64,000 bases of DNA from an uncultured cyanobacterium (GTDB taxonomy: Bacteria; Cyanobacteriota; Cyanobacteriia; PCC-9006; JAAUQQ01): contig OY970368.1 of the NCBI GenBank assembly GCA_963718615.1, positions 2,496,001 to 2,560,000 of the forward strand. The letters are read 5' to 3'. Made by a program: the position numbers and the translations under genes. Of the stretch, positions 63,918 through 64,000 are shown piece after piece (positions within the stretch are counted from its first letter, which is position 1; every line of letters starts with the position of its first letter). The notes under the pieces are model-generated. The model was not told the DNA's origin. It made no database searches and was given only the letters and a program-made list of their open reading frames with translations.

Positions 63918-64000
63918 ATGGGCTTCTCTAAAATTCTCATTGCGAATCGTGGGGAGATCGCCCTGCGTATCCTGCGGGCTTGCGAGGAGCTCGGCATTGG
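63918..64000 (+). CDS. accC: Biotin carboxylase, 5' part
   Basis: [27 protein letters not shown]. Confidence 0.88.
   Translation, partial: MGFSKILIANRGEIALRILRACEELGI

Overview
Chromosomal segment of a cyanobacterium, based on very dense HIP1 octamers (GCGATCGC), petN, ndhV, an Mg-chelatase H paralogue and an SLH porin. Most of the window is housekeeping and stress genes: malic enzyme, PIN-PhoH, SbcC-like ATPase, NrtR with a nicotinamidase-like enzyme, cobO, typA, clpS, fbaB, lepA, hpnP, aroC, groEL, thiO, two Hsp20s, tRNA-Leu and the start of accC. Mobile DNA is limited to one intact 905-bp IS1-family element, with an 8-bp target duplication, that splits an RTX-like gene, plus a decayed ISKra4/ISLre2-like transposase remnant. 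I saw no CRISPR array, prophage or recognisable defence island, so I cannot claim a clearly new system. The best leads are: (i) a divergent NrtR/nicotinamidase promoter with two tandem NrtR-type boxes, where nrtR is followed on the same strand by an SbcC lacking a Zn-hook motif and by a PIN-PhoH gene; (ii) several unannotated microprotein ORFs, some clustered after petN; (iii) pervasive 9-15 bp tandem micro-duplications, often at stop codons; (iv) a CIRCE operator whose spacer is a HIP1 site; (v) a frameshifted sugar-binding protein. All product calls come from motif recognition by eye; no database searches were run.
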